Source: Octopus vulgaris (Eukaryota). Taken from it: a DNA stretch of 64,000 nt. Positions 40,388 through 54,080 of this stretch are shown here, one piece after another. The stretch spans positions 23,932,001 through 23,996,000 of the forward strand of contig OX597830.1 in the NCBI GenBank assembly GCA_951406725.2. The letters are read 5' to 3'. Made by a program: the position numbers and the translations under genes. The stretch's first letter is position 1; every line of letters starts with the position of its first letter. A model generated the notes under the pieces. That model was not told the origin of the DNA, searched no databases, and worked only from the letters and a program-made list of their open reading frames with translations.

Positions 40388-40779
40388 CATACATATACAT
40401 ATATAAATACGTACATACGTGCATTCACATATATATTCAATATTTTCACATAAATATTCAACACAATCCACTCAACGGAAGTGGCATGTATCATATGATG
40501 AAATTAAGAAAATAAAATCAATAAGAAGAATAACAATAATTAAAAAAATTTTAATTAATTAACACGACTAATTCAAAATCCTATTGAGTAGAAGTAATAA
40601 TATGATCACTGTAATAACATAATGATTAGTAATTAAATAGAATTTTTAAATGTATATCTGAATATAATTAATATTCGTCGGAGAAATAATTGATTTCATG
40701 ATTTTTCAAGCGTGTAATTACAACACGCTGCATAAAAATTCTTCTCGTTGTCATCGTATATAGGTCGAAATACAACCTC

Positions 40780-41013
40780 ATAATCAATTGCTCGGGCATT
40801 ACCCGGTCCCCGTAGGTTATGAGTGATAGAAGTGACAAGATTCCCAGCGAATTGGATCCCAGTCTGCCGCAGGGTTACTCATTTACGGCTAAATGAACTG
40901 GAGCAATGTGAAACGGAGTGTTTTGCTCAAGAACACAGTGCCCGGTCTTGGAATTGAAACCATGATCTTGCGATCAGGAATGCAGTACCCTAAGCACTTG
41001 GTCACTCGCTTTC
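40780..41013 (-). mobile_element. Old SINE family D copy
   Basis: actcatttacggctaaatgaactggagcaatgtgaaacggagtgttttgctcaagaacac...ggaattgaaacc, the reverse complement of the 39478 pattern. Confidence 0.6.
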
Positions 41014-41136
41014 ACAAAACCAAAATATGACTTTGATATTGAATCAATTTCTAGAAGTGAGGAAAACAAACAACTTTGGTGTTTATTACTGGTGTTTTGT
41101 ATCAGTAATGTCTATTTCTGCACTAAATAAATTGCC

Positions 41137-41295
41137 GTAGGCATGGTTGTGAGGTTAAGCAGTCCGCTTAGCAATTAAGTGGTTTTCTGTTCAATCCAAA
41201 TAGGTGGTACCTTTGACATGTCATGTACCATAGACCCCGGGTCAAGCAAATCTTTGTGAGCGAGATTTTGTGTACGGAAATCCGGCGAAAACTCA
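41137..41295 (+). mobile_element. Very decayed 5' half of SINE family A
   Basis: gtaggcatggttgtgaggttaag...ttcaatcc...tttgtgagcgagattttgtgtacggaaa follows the family A layout. Confidence 0.5.
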
Positions 41296-41610
41296 TTGCA
41301 ATAAATTGTTAGTATTTTTGAGTCGTAAATTTAAACCGTTCCTACCACTTCATGGCCCTTTGGATGCTTTATGCTTTTAGGGAAGCCCCTGTCGTTGTAA
41401 TCATTGAGTCTAGGTATTTCGTCGCTGATTGCTAGATTAGCATTCTCCTTTCTGCTTTTCGGTAGACTCAGAGTCTGAGAAGGATCTTTGGCACTGCTTT
41501 TATTTCTTTGACTATGCTACTGAAGGTGTCTGGACACTCAACAGGACTAAAAGACATGAGCTGTCGAAGGATGGATGAGTAAATTGTGAACCAACAACTA
41601 ACCAATTGCG

Positions 41611-41695
41611 GAAGGCTGGAGGGTATGTCAGCCGAAACGTCGTGTTAACAACAAACAAGATGAGGACAAATATCTGACAAATGTAAATAATGTAA
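41611..41695 (+). mobile_element. 5'-truncated copy of the hammerhead/tail segment of the 22840-23225 element
   Basis: gaaggctggagggtatgtcagccGAAACGTCgtgttaacaacaaacaagatgaggacaaatatc...aatgtaaataatgtaa. The CTGAT part of the core is missing. Confidence 0.88.
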
Positions 41696-41957
41696 TGGAA
41701 AACCATACCAATTCCCTTGTCAAGGAAACTCATCCGATAGTAGAACTTGCGCTCAAATAAAATAGAAGTTATGAGTAATAGAACTGGCCCAAGGTGCCAT
41801 TCAGTTGAAGAGAACGCTGAACGACGTAGATGCGAAGTTTATTTTTAAGCCACACAACCATGTCTGTTCTTTTTCTTGTTATTGTTACTGTTGTTGTTTT
41901 GTTTTTATTTCCAAGTTGGTAGACAGAAACTGCTAGAAGCTCGTCGTATAAGTATCT

Positions 41958-42014
<57 letters not shown>

Positions 42015-42066
42015 CATATACATAATACATACATACATGCATACATATATACACACATATACATAC

Positions 42067-42109
<43 letters not shown>

Positions 42110-42368
42110 ACGGAGAGAGAGAAACACAAGTTAGAAGAAAAAAGATGGCTGGTGGTCACACGTGGGAGCCATGTGAGCAAGGGAGGAGAAGTGAGGGAGA
42201 GAGAGTAACAGAGTAATAGGATAGAATAGTGGGAGAAGAGGAGGTAAAAGAATAAGAGAAAGACAGAAAAACGAAATAGTAAAAAGACAGTATAGAGTGC
42301 GCATCAGAATTATTAAGATAAAACTTACATCGAAGAGGATGCGTGGCGATCAATCTCATAATAATATA

Positions 42369-42547
<179 letters not shown>

Positions 42548-42974
42548 TATATACCTACGTATAATTACATACTTACATCTACACATATATTTATGCATAT
42601 ACGGGTACAGGACGTCACGAAATGTGTACAACAAATATATACGAATCGCGAGTACATGGAACATGAACTATTCTTTCGAACAACGAAAGACAGAAATGGA
42701 AAACAAAACAAGCAACACAAAGAACGAGCCTTCATCAGTTGTTGACTGTTTTTCTAGTCTCGTATTTCGAGCATTTAACAACAATATACGATTTCGATAA
42801 AAGAGTTTGCTCCCGCAAAGCAAATTAAATAAAATTTGGGATTTTGCGGAGGGTGAAAATTGGTAACACAAACAGGACAGTGAAAACAAACAGGAAGGAC
42901 TGCTCAGCCTAAACGAGGTCGTGGTGGCGAACGCATAAATCAAGCTTGGACTGGAGACAAACAAGAACAAATAC

Positions 42975-43006
<32 letters not shown>

Positions 43007-43054
43007 ATACATACATACATATGTGTGTGTGCATGTATGTATGTGGGTATATGT

Positions 43055-43290
43055 CAATGTGTGTATGTTTTTGCTTTTTGTATTTGTGCCCCAGCACCGT
43101 GTGTCAACGGGTGTTGACCTGTTTGCGACATCATAATTTACCGGCTCAGTAAAAGATGTTCATAGAATAGATACTAGGGTTTAAACAATGTTACCTACTG
43201 CCGTCGATTCAATCGATTAAATAATCTTCAAGACTGTGCCCCAGCATGGCCGCAAGCTCATAACTGAAACAAATAAACAATAAAAAATCT
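43055..43290 (+). mobile_element. Decayed 3' half of a family A-related SINE
   Basis: tagaatagatactagg...gtgccccagcatggccgcaagctcataactgaaacaa. Confidence 0.7.
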
Positions 43291-43460
43291 AAGATAAAAG
43301 ATCTGGATTCTTCGTGGTTAAACTACAACAAAGCGGACGCTTAAAAAATGGGAAAAACACCCACCTCCACCCCAGCCAATGAGGGCCCCTGTGTTACAGT
43401 GGTTCCTAACCGAGGGTACCAGATGGTATTTCAGTGGGTGTGACAAGGGAAGAAAGTATA

Positions 43461-43826
43461 TTACTCCGTCGGTTATGGCGACAGTTGATCAGTTGAACAG
43501 CCTGCTCGTGAAATTAACGTGCAAGTGGCTGAGCACTCCACAGACACGTGTACCTATAACGTAGTTCTCATGGAGATTCAGCGTCACACAAAGTGTCACA
43601 AACCTGGCCCTTTGAAATACAGGTACAACAGAAACAGGAAGAAAGAGTGAGAGAAAGTCGTGGTGAAAGAGTATAGTAGGGTTCGCCACCCCCCCACCCT
43701 GCCGGAGCCTTGTGGAGCTTTAGGTGTTTTCGCACAATAAACACTCACAACGCCCAGTCTGGCAATCGAAACCGCGATCCTACGATCGCGAGTCCGCTGC
43801 CTTAACCACTGGGCCATTTCGCCTCC
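43461..43826 (-). mobile_element. Full-length tRNA-headed SINE family B1 (octopus OR-like)
   Basis: Head ggaggcgaaatggcccagtggttaaggcagcggactc...ggtttcgattgcc; body aaaacacctaaagctccac; tail ...ctcagccacttgcacgttaatttcacgagcagg...accgacggagt. Confidence 0.92.
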
Positions 43827-43967
43827 ACAAAGACAGAATATGCTTTATTAATAACGCTTTTTAGATTAAAAAGACGACTTGAAGCACACCCAAAACTTCT
43901 TTATTTTACAAATGGTAATGTAAGTCTGAAGCCCTTAATATCATTTAGATACCGCTGTGTGGATTAG

Positions 43968-44126
43968 CACCTGTATTTAAAAGGGCCAGCCTTGTCACAC
44001 AGTGTCATGCTGAATCTCCTTGAGAACTACGTTAAGAGTTCACATGTCTGTGGAGTACTCAGCCACATGCACTTTTATTTCACAAGATGCTTATGGTAGC
44101 TCGTTATGGTAGCTGACGGAGAGCCA
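43968..44126 (+). mobile_element. Tail fragment of SINE family B1
   Basis: cctgtatttaaaagggccagccttgtcacac...gagaactacgttaag...ctcagccacatgcac, inverted relative to 43461-43826. Confidence 0.85.
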
Positions 44127-44918
44127 GCATGTATATAGTGGATAGTTTGTTCTTAGAAACCTGAAGCTTGCTTAAAAATAGATTAGACAATGGTGCCATT
44201 TTCTTAGAATTCCGTGAAAGCGTCACGGATTGTAATTCAATAATTTGGACAAGGAGAGTATTGTCTTGAAGTGAAATTTGAAAGCAAGAGTTTTGGTGTC
44301 GAGTACTGGATGTACTTCCAAGACCTCTTGGAAATGCACTCCGTGTCCTCGTTCAATTTGCAAGAACAAACTTGTCTGAGTGGATTCAGTTTTCTTTTTG
44401 TCAATCAACTCAAAATCTAAGAATCGCCTGAATCCACAGACAAAACTGTGGATGGCAATCAACAACAAAGTTCCACGTTTTGATAAAAGTCATGAATGAA
44501 GAACCAGAAACAAAGAAGTCTTTGAATTTAATGTTCCCATTTGTGATTAATTCTATTGTTCAATAATTTGTTTTAATTGAGTCATTTGCATTTGTGTTTT
44601 ATTCAGTGTCAAAAGCGTTCATTTTTTTCTTTCTCTTTTGTTTTTGCAGTTCAATTTGTTCGCTCGCACTATTATAAGTTATTCAAATTGGATAAATAAA
44701 TCAAGAACCTAATTAGTTATTTGAAAATTAACTTTTTCGTCTTCAAATGTGATATTACTTTCGTAGGATGTGTGAAATTGTTTAATCTAATATTATTTCA
44801 TAGCGGTGTGGCGCGTAGAAAATGTTAGGAGCGACTGGTTTGTCTTCGTTCGTCCTGTTGGAAATAGCAAACAATTTTTCCCTGAATGACTATCTTTTGA
44901 AACGAAGAAAATATGGAT

Positions 44919-45062
44919 TAAGTAGCTTGCTTACCAACCACATGGTTCCGGATTCAGTCCCACTGCGTGGCACCTTGGGCAAGTGTCTTCTGCTATAGCC
45001 TCGGGCCGACAAAAGCCTTGTGAGTGGATTTGGTAGACGGAAATTGAAACAAGCCCGTCGTA

Positions 45063-45139
<77 letters not shown>

Positions 45140-45256
45140 TGGCCTTCTCGCTTAGCCACCGGGAAGGTGTCATTTGGAGGCTAAAACAATGCGAAGCGCA
45201 TTGTGACCAGCGATGTGTAGTAAAATCTGATAGCCTGGTCGGTCATGGTGATCACG

Positions 45257-45303
<47 letters not shown>

Positions 45304-45529
45304 GTTTGTGTATTTGTTTGTGTGTCTGTGTTTGTCCCCCCAGCATCGCTTGACAACCGATGTTGGTGAGCTTACGTTCCCTTAACTTGGCGGTTCGGCA
45401 AAAGAGACCGATAGAATAAGTACTAGGCTTACAAAGAATGAGTTTTGGGGTCAACTTGCTCGACTAAAGGCAGTGCTCCAGCATGGCCGCAGTCAAATAA
45501 CTGAAACAAGTAAAAGAGTAAATGAGTAT
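44919..45529 (+). mobile_element. SINE family A with a nested insertion in its internal (TA)n
   Basis: Family A head (slightly 5'-clipped) and tail, interrupted at 45139-45261. Confidence 0.93.
45139..45261 (+). mobile_element. Tail fragment of SINE family B2
   Basis: ttggccttctcgcttagcc...ggctaaaacaatgcgaagcgcattgtgaccagcgatgtg...ctggtcggtca, matching 59745-59858. Confidence 0.9.
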
Positions 45530-45544
45530 AGGTATGTGTTGAGG

Positions 45545-45925
45545 TGGTTGATACTCGAAGCTAAGTTGAAATAAAAAATTATTACGCAATGAGGCAATAA
45601 TTATTATGCAGTGAAACAACTGGATATATTCAGGTGTTATTAAACCTCATCATCATAAATAGGTAAGTATTAAAGAGTTTGATGTTCGGAGATTAAAAAG
45701 TTTCAATAAAAATATATATGTGGAAAGTACAGGAGACAGCCCTGGACATATTCAGGCGTTATTACACCTCAGCGAAGCATAAAATTGATCTTAAATAAGT
45801 ATTTAGTAGGCTGATGATACTCGGTGCTTAAAAGGTTTCAATAGAAATAATTATGCAATGAGTACGGGAGAGAACTCTGGTCATATTTCGGCGTTATTAA
45901 ATCTCTGCAGCGAAGGATAAATTTC
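45545..45925. repeat. Diverged tandem triplication, period ~120-135 bp
   Basis: ctgg(a/t)(t/c)atatt..ggYgttatta(a/c)a at ~45620, ~45743 and ~45877. Confidence 0.75.
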
Positions 45926-46250
45926 ACTGTAAGCAATGAAAAATACATCGTTCAAATCAATTACTTTGAGACGCCAGGTATCCTAGACATGCTCTTACAA
46001 AAGACAAGTGAAACAAGGCTGGAATGCCTTTGATCATAGGTCTGCGTGATTAGGGTGAATTTGGCGAGTATACAATAGTAACAACACCGACGATAACAAT
46101 CACAACAAATACTACTACTACTGCTACTACTACTACTTACTATATACGACGCGGAAGACGTCGACAACAGCCACAGCATCACACACAAACAGTAGCAACA
46201 AACAGCAACACACAAACAGCAACAACAAATATTACTACCACCACCACCAT

Positions 46251-46292
<42 letters not shown>

Positions 46293-46879
46293 AACGACTA
46301 CATGAACAACTCAAACAACGCAAAAGAGCAGCAAAAGCTCATTTAGACAAGCTCCAAGCCGCAGTGAGAAGCAGCGCAGAAAACAGGAAGTAACGTCATT
46401 GCATGTCTATTAAAATCTCCAGTTCCAAAGAGCGATATTGTCTAGCACGGTTCAATAACAACAAAAACAACACCAGCAGCAACTAAAACTACAACAAGAA
46501 CAGCAACAACAACAACGGCAATAACGACAACATTAAATACTATAAGCCTGCAATGAGAGTTTCTATGCATGTATGGTCGGTCGTTCGAACTGTTAGAAAT
46601 AGCAGCCAGATTTCCATTGAATTACTATGTGCCATTTTAAAGAGATGGACACAGACACACACACACACGCTTGCAAACGCACACACAAACACACATGCAC
46701 ATACAAACATACACACACATGCACATACAAACACTGAATAATTTTGTCCTAGTTGAATGGGTAAACCGTTATGATCAAGGGTCATGTCAATCAGTGCAGA
46801 CCTGCACTGAGAAATATTAACATAATGGAAAACAGCGACAATAACAACACTAACAACAACCATAACTAATCAATAATGT

Positions 46880-47640
46880 GCTGGTCAAGTACTGCCCAGT
46901 AAATTCAGTATGGTCCAGAGTGATCAAGTATAGTCCAGTATAGTCCTGCAATCAAACATCATCTATCGACATCTATCGTGGTCGTGCGTGATCTAGCGTG
47001 ACCCAGCGTGATTTAGCGTGATCCAGTGTGGGCCAACGGGATTCAGTGTGGTGGAATATACTCCATTGTTGTACAACGTTTGTTCATAACCTCCACTGTA
47101 GTTCAATGTAGCTCAGTAAGCGTGATTCAGTTTGATCCAGCCTCGTCCGGTGCAGGCTAGAGTGGTGTCATATGGCCTAATATTTTCAGTGAAGTTCAAT
47201 ATAGCCTTGTAGAGTCTAGTTTTGCCTATATGAGTGCATTGCAGTGCACTGTGATGCATCTGGTCCAACGTAGAGAAATGTGATCCAGTGAGGTCCATCA
47301 GGATCCACAATAGCACAATATAACCTTATTAGATCCAATGCAGCCATTCCGATCTAGCGTGATCCAGTCTAATTCAATGTAATCCACTCTGAACAAGTGT
47401 AGTCTCGTTCGATCCTGCGTGATCCAATGTGATCCACAATAGTCCAGCGTGGTCCCAACAGGTCCCAACAGGTCCCAAGTGGTCCAAAGTAGTCATAGGA
47501 ATCATTCAATGTGTTACAGTAAAGTTTTATGTTATTCAGTGGAGACAAGTGTGGTCTAGCTTGTTGCAGCAGGGACCAGTTTTACCTCGCAGCGGCCATA
47601 GTGGCACAGAGTTGGCTAAAATTGGAGCAAAATATATTAT
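46880..47640. repeat. Decayed 10-bp minisatellite (consensus ~ GTGATCCAGY)
   Basis: cgtgatctag cgtgacccag cgtgatttag cgtgatccag; tatagtccag; ggtcccaaca x3. The register is recognisable over ~750 bp. Confidence 0.85.
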
Positions 47641-48552
47641 GTTGATCCGTAACAATTTTTGTACTTATATCTAAATGTTATTAGATTTTAAAACATAGAA
47701 TATTTGATGTTGCTATCGTTGTATGTGTCTATCAATGAGTTTTCTTATCCGTCTGTCGCATTCTTTCTGATTTATATGTATTTGTGTGTTTAAAAAATGT
47801 CGATGAATGCTGGCAGAGAAACGAAGATAAAACAAATGGAAAGACAATAAGACAACGAGAAAGAGAGCGACGAAAAGAGCGACAACTCAGCACACACTCA
47901 CACACACTCAGACGCGCGTGTGCGCGTACGGAAACACACACAAAAATACATGTTCATACGCATACAGACACACACACAACCACGCACATAGACACACACA
48001 TACACATACAATATATGTTACAATACAAACGTCGTTATCGTCGTATCTGTACAAATATACAGGAATATAGTGACACACGCATGTACGCGAATATGTATGT
48101 ATATATATAAATATTAATATATATATATGTGTGTGTATGTGTGGGGTGTGTGTATGTCCATATACGCGATTCACTGCCAAAGCTGCTAAAGCACATTACC
48201 TTTCGTATCATTTATAATTATCAAATAAATGCTAAATATTCCCGCATATAAATACATACACACAAACATACATATGCATACGTAAATATACGTACACACA
48301 CCAATTCACACGCACACACATACACACGCATACACAAAGACAAACGTACTAAAATAAAAACACCATACATGCGGATGCAACCACCCACGCGTAAATACAC
48401 ACGCGCACACACACACACACGAAACCCGTTCTGTATTCATTCAGATATATATCGATTGCTTTTAACAATCTATTATATACGTGTGACTCTATGCAAATCA
48501 TCATTATAGCCAAACATGCCTATACACACACACACACACACATATATATGTA

Positions 48553-48613
<61 letters not shown>

Positions 48614-48903
48614 GTATGCATGCACATGTGTATGTATGTTTATATTGGGTTGTGTATATACAAATGCATACACGTTGATTTAATTAAGCAGACAAGTATA
48701 TATATTTCATATATTTTATAGCTTTGATGCCTTTTCCCTTGCAGGCGATCATGTTATTTATATATTCTCCGTTAATACATAAATGGTCATTTGAACTACG
48801 AGACACACATCCACTTGTGACGTCTCCATCGGCTTGTAATTGCTCTTATATACCTAGCTGTTATATAGCTTCAAGATTGGTGAGTATATATTGTGCATGT
48901 GCA

Positions 48904-48945
<42 letters not shown>

Positions 48946-49062
48946 TGTGTTCGCGCGCGTGTGTATGTGTTTCTATGTGTGTGAATAAATATGTTTGAAT
49001 ACGTGCATACGCCTGTATGGTTGTATTGTATATTTATGTTTATTCCTGCATGTAATGTAAAT

Positions 49063-49111
<49 letters not shown>

Positions 49112-49130
49112 CATATATACATACATACAT

Positions 49131-49161
<31 letters not shown>

Positions 49162-49376
49162 CATACATACATACATGTATGTTTGTAAGTATGTATACAC
49201 ACACAAACATATATACATACATGCATACATACACACACACACACATATATATATACATACATACATACATACATGTATGTTTGTAAGTATGTGTACACAC
49301 ACAAACACACACACACTTATAGATGGAGTAATGCATGGTTATGTGTACATATATATATATACATATATATATATAC

Positions 49377-49411
<35 letters not shown>

Positions 49412-49927
49412 CGTGTGTGTGTGTGTAAACATGATATTTGAATACACACATAGACACATACATACACACAATCATGCACAAAAATATATACAGACGCACA
49501 CACATACACACACACAAACACACATACGTTTCTGCCATAGGCGCATAAAGACGCCATTTTACTTTACTTTATAATCTATAGACACACGGTTCCATAAGAC
49601 TTGCTGCTGGTGCTGGTAGTGATATTACTGTAGATCATGGTATTGTTGTTGCTGATATTGATATTGGAGTTCGTGTCTTTTATCTAGTTATTTGATTTAT
49701 AATTTCGTTTTATTTCTTAAATGAGTGTCCTTGCTTGTCGAATATAATTACATAACTATAATTGTCCTTTGTTTTCCAGTAAACTGCTTGTTTAAATAAT
49801 GTACAGATTATTGAAGTAGTTAAAACAGACATCTCTGAAATGTCAGCTTTGATCCTCGAAACAATTTTCCGGGGAAATGTGCTCTTCAGACTAACCTCTA
49901 TTTGTTTTGTGTATCTGGTTACATTTA

Positions 49928-49999
<72 letters not shown>

Positions 50000-50012
50000 A
50001 ACAAACATATAT

Positions 50013-50046
<34 letters not shown>

Positions 50047-50254
50047 ATGTTCATACATACATATATGTATGCACATGGTCATATATGGTCATATATATTA
50101 AATATTTATATATGGCTTTATAAAAATATATATCTATTCAGAGACACATACACCCACACATATGTATATATGTATATATATATAACGTATGTATGTAGGC
50201 AATATCTATTCATATACATATATCCACGCATATAGTTATGTTAAATGTTTATGT

Positions 50255-50291
<37 letters not shown>

Positions 50292-50574
50292 CCAAAAGGC
50301 AATATATATATATATTTATATATATTTGTATATTTACATATGTTTATGTATATATGTGTGTGTGCGTTTATAAACACAAGCACATATACATACACACATA
50401 TACATACATACATACATACATACATACATACATACATACATACATACATACATGCATATATATATATATATATAGATAGATATTTATTCAGTCTGAGACT
50501 GTAATAGAGAAGAATAAACGAGAGATAATTTATAAGAATTAGCATTGATACAGAAATATAAACAGCTACATATA

Positions 50575-50634
<60 letters not shown>

Positions 50635-50918
50635 ATATATACAACGCTCGATACGTGCATACACATACAGTGATAGACAGACAGACACAAGCCAGGCAAT
50701 CTAGCAGACATTCAGACAGACATATACAAAAGCAAAAACAATGTATGTGTGCGTGTATATATATAAATATATATATATAAAACTACATATGTGTATTTAA
50801 ACACACGTGTGCGTGTATATATATAAATATATGTACATGTATATATCGATAGATAGATATATGAAAAGATAGATAGACAGACGGACAGAGAGACGGACAC
50901 ACAGATAGGCAGATAGAC

Positions 50919-50963
<45 letters not shown>

Positions 50964-50982
50964 TGCAGGCAGACAGACAGAC

Positions 50983-51058
<76 letters not shown>

Positions 51059-51115
51059 GCGACGCGTGGCTAATTGTTCGGAGAATCATATTTAGCGTAC
51101 TTAGTCTGCAATGAA

Positions 51116-51159
<44 letters not shown>

Positions 51160-51482
51160 GTCCAACAAAATATATTTGGTGTCGTTGGGGAGAAAATCAA
51201 GAAATCGGTTAGCAAAGGGTTTGACCTCATGGATGGAGAGATTTGCAGACAGATACTCGGAAAGATAGACAGATGGGAGAAATGAGGTGGGCGAGGTTTC
51301 AATAGACGTCATGGCAGCGGTGGCAATGGTATTTGTGGTGGTAGTATAAGTGGTTGTTTTTTTGATACACAAATGAGATGTATCGTACTGTTGGCTTTGC
51401 TTCTGGTTATTATGATGATCACATGATAATGATGTTGGTGAATAAATACGGGCACAATTATTATATATGCGTGCAAGTGTAC

Positions 51483-51534
<52 letters not shown>

Positions 51535-51542
<8 letters not shown>

Positions 51543-51720
51543 ATCACGTGACCGACCAGACCATCAGATGTTGCTCCACATCGCTGATCACAATGCGTTC
51601 GCATTGTTTTAGCCTTCGAATGACGCCACCCCGCTTGCTAAGCGAGCAGGCCAACAGACGAAAGAGTGAAAGAAAGAGTGGTGAAAGAGTACAGCAGGGA
51701 TCACCACCCCCTGCCGGAGC
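51535..51720 (-). mobile_element. 5'-truncated SINE family B2 in (TA)n
   Basis: Reverse complement of 59677-59858; tail ggtcacgtgatcacgtgat. Confidence 0.92.
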
Positions 51721-51722
51721 AT

Positions 51723-51813
<91 letters not shown>

Positions 51814-51880
51814 ATATATATTTATATATATATATAAACCTGTCTCTATAGACAACTATATATTGCTTTCAACGGCCATA

Positions 51881-52021
51881 TACCAAGGGGTGCTAATTAT
51901 GATTTTATTCAACATATCCCCTTCTCAGATTGGCACACGTATTACAGTGGTCCTTCAGTTTTTCTTAGCCCTGTAAAAGAACGGTGGGTTTTAAAACCCA
52001 ATTTTTCAGGACTTCATCGTA
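51881..52021. mobile_element. Decayed mariner-type MITE (second copy)
   Basis: gattttattcaacatat...tctcagatt...ggtccttcagtttttct..gccctgtaaa shared with 36330-36405. Confidence 0.6.
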
Positions 52022-52204
52022 TGTATGTATGTATATATATATATATATATAAAATTAATTAAGGGTAGAAATTGATATTTATCAATTAAGACCAGTGGTC
52101 TAGCATATTAAAAAGAATCCGAAGATTAAAATATTTATATATATAAGGATATATATATAGATATCGTCATTCACCACAAAAGATATGTGGTGAATGATGA
52201 TGAC

Positions 52205-52246
<42 letters not shown>

Positions 52247-52251
<5 letters not shown>

Positions 52252-53560
52252 CCGACTATCAACCCTCCATTATTCCATTATAGGGAATATTCAGACCAGG
52301 GTTTGCCGACTGGCTGCCAATCCTGATTTATTTGACCTGCGTGCACCTTATTACAATGGTGCACTAGCTAGGGCAGGATACAAGGAATGAATAAATTCAT
52401 ACTCCAGAATAACACGCGCACCATACACGCACACCACACACATGCATGACATACACACACTCAACATAGACATGAAAACTGTTCATGAACCCACCTACAG
52501 AAATTCAACCTGCACATCACACCAACAACATCACAGAGTACCCTACCATCCAAATAACGATAATTCTTACCATAAATATTCCCATCTAAAGAAAAATACA
52601 CCCAACACAATTTATCCCACTGAACAAATACAAAACACTAGCGTAAATAAGCCTCACACCAAATATAGAAACCACACTGTTCTTTGGTACAACGTGATCC
52701 ATGCCTCAAATGTAACTTCCAAGATTGCTAAACAATTTTTGGCAGCCCTTGAAAGACACTTCCGGAAATTTCATAAATATCACTCGATATTTAATAGACA
52801 TAATGTAAAAGTGTCATATGCAACCTATGCACAGAATAAATAATGTTAAACTTAAAAAGCTCTTGAAAAGCACCATCATTGAAAGCTGAAATAATGAATT
52901 TACATTCAATCCTCGCATATCTGATAACCAACAACAGTTAACCATAGAAAATATTACCCCTGAAACATCCAGAACAAACATCATACCTGTAAAAATGAAC
53001 CTACAGAACCTGCACACCAATAACAGGATGAATCTACAACCAATCACAGGAATCACAGGACAATCACTACACAACTACCGGTCACCAACAACGGCTACAA
53101 ATAGGTGCTCCTGCAGGGATAAATTTAAATGTCCATTGGATAATCTTTGCATGATTTGTAATGTCGTCTATATATGCACTATGCACACGAGGCGAGGCCC
53201 TTATATATACGTTGGTGCTACGGCTGATTCTTGAAAAAATCGATATAGAAATCATGTTTCTAGCTTCAAAAAACTGAGCAAGAGACACGTGATATCACTG
53301 GCGGATTCTCTATGGCAACTGAAAACCGACAGGATTAAATATGAGATTTCATGGTCAGTTATAGAATATGCAAAACCCTACAACGCACATTCTAAGACCT
53401 GCGGATTGTGCTCAAAAGAGTCCCAATCAATCTTGCTTACTAGGGAAAAGGTCATTAATGAATTAACCGAATGGATTACACGTTTACATGCCATGAAGGC
53501 CACCCTCAAATATTACCATCCTGTAAACACAGCACCGAACTGCCAGAATCCGCATTGAGC
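52247..53560 (+). mobile_element. Penelope-like element 3' part: RT thumb, linker, C-terminal GIY-YIG endonuclease (Nematis-like), pseudogenised
   Basis: APYYNGALARAGY; VLWYN..SNVTSKIAKQFL..HFRKFHKYHSIFNRHNVKVSY; CSCRDKFKCPLDNLC..VVY..YVGAT; LWQLK..ISWSVI..AKPY..CGLC..E. Stops and frameshifts; 5' end in (TA)n. Confidence 0.9.
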
Positions 53561-53896
53561 ATGCTAGCATTCCATACATTGCTATGTGCCCATGGACAGG
53601 TGTCTGGGCTTTTGCCTATGTGCCGTTTATTGTTCTTTGCCTGTATGTGTGACTGAGGAGTCCTGTGAGTGTGTGCAATCTGTATGAGCATTCTGTGTGT
53701 GCATGTATGTGTAGAGTCGACGTGTTTCTATATGCCTGTGTGTGTGTGTATAAGTGCTGAGTGGAAGTCTCTGGTGTGTACTGATGTGTACATGTGTATA
53801 TCCGTGTGTGAACGTGTGTATAATTGTGTGAGTGTATAAGTGCACTTGCCTTCAGCCATATGAGACTGTGGGTGTCAATGTATGCATGTCTGTCCG

Positions 53897-53973
<77 letters not shown>

Positions 53974-53986
53974 GTGTCTGTCTGTA

Positions 53987-54080
<94 letters not shown>

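Larger units (their letters stand above)
43397..44837 (+). mobile_element. Decayed hAT (Buster/Charlie-type) element with nested SINEs
   Basis: TIR-like cagtggttcctaacc (43397) and gttaggagcgactg (to 44837). 44280-44520 encodes FWCRVL..NALRVLVQFARTNLSE / KSKNRLNPQTKLWMAINNKVPRFDK, like the hAT dimerisation domain. No clear 8-bp TSD, so linkage of the two ends is uncertain. Confidence 0.65.

Noticed and set aside
42725-42772. Permuted (type II) hammerhead: GAAA...CTGATGA on the minus strand
   Set aside because: No convincing stem I, stem III or NUH in the required order.
44223-44520. Exon of a domesticated ZBED/SCAND-like host gene
   Set aside because: Frameshifts and stops plus TIR-like ends indicate a decayed hAT transposon.
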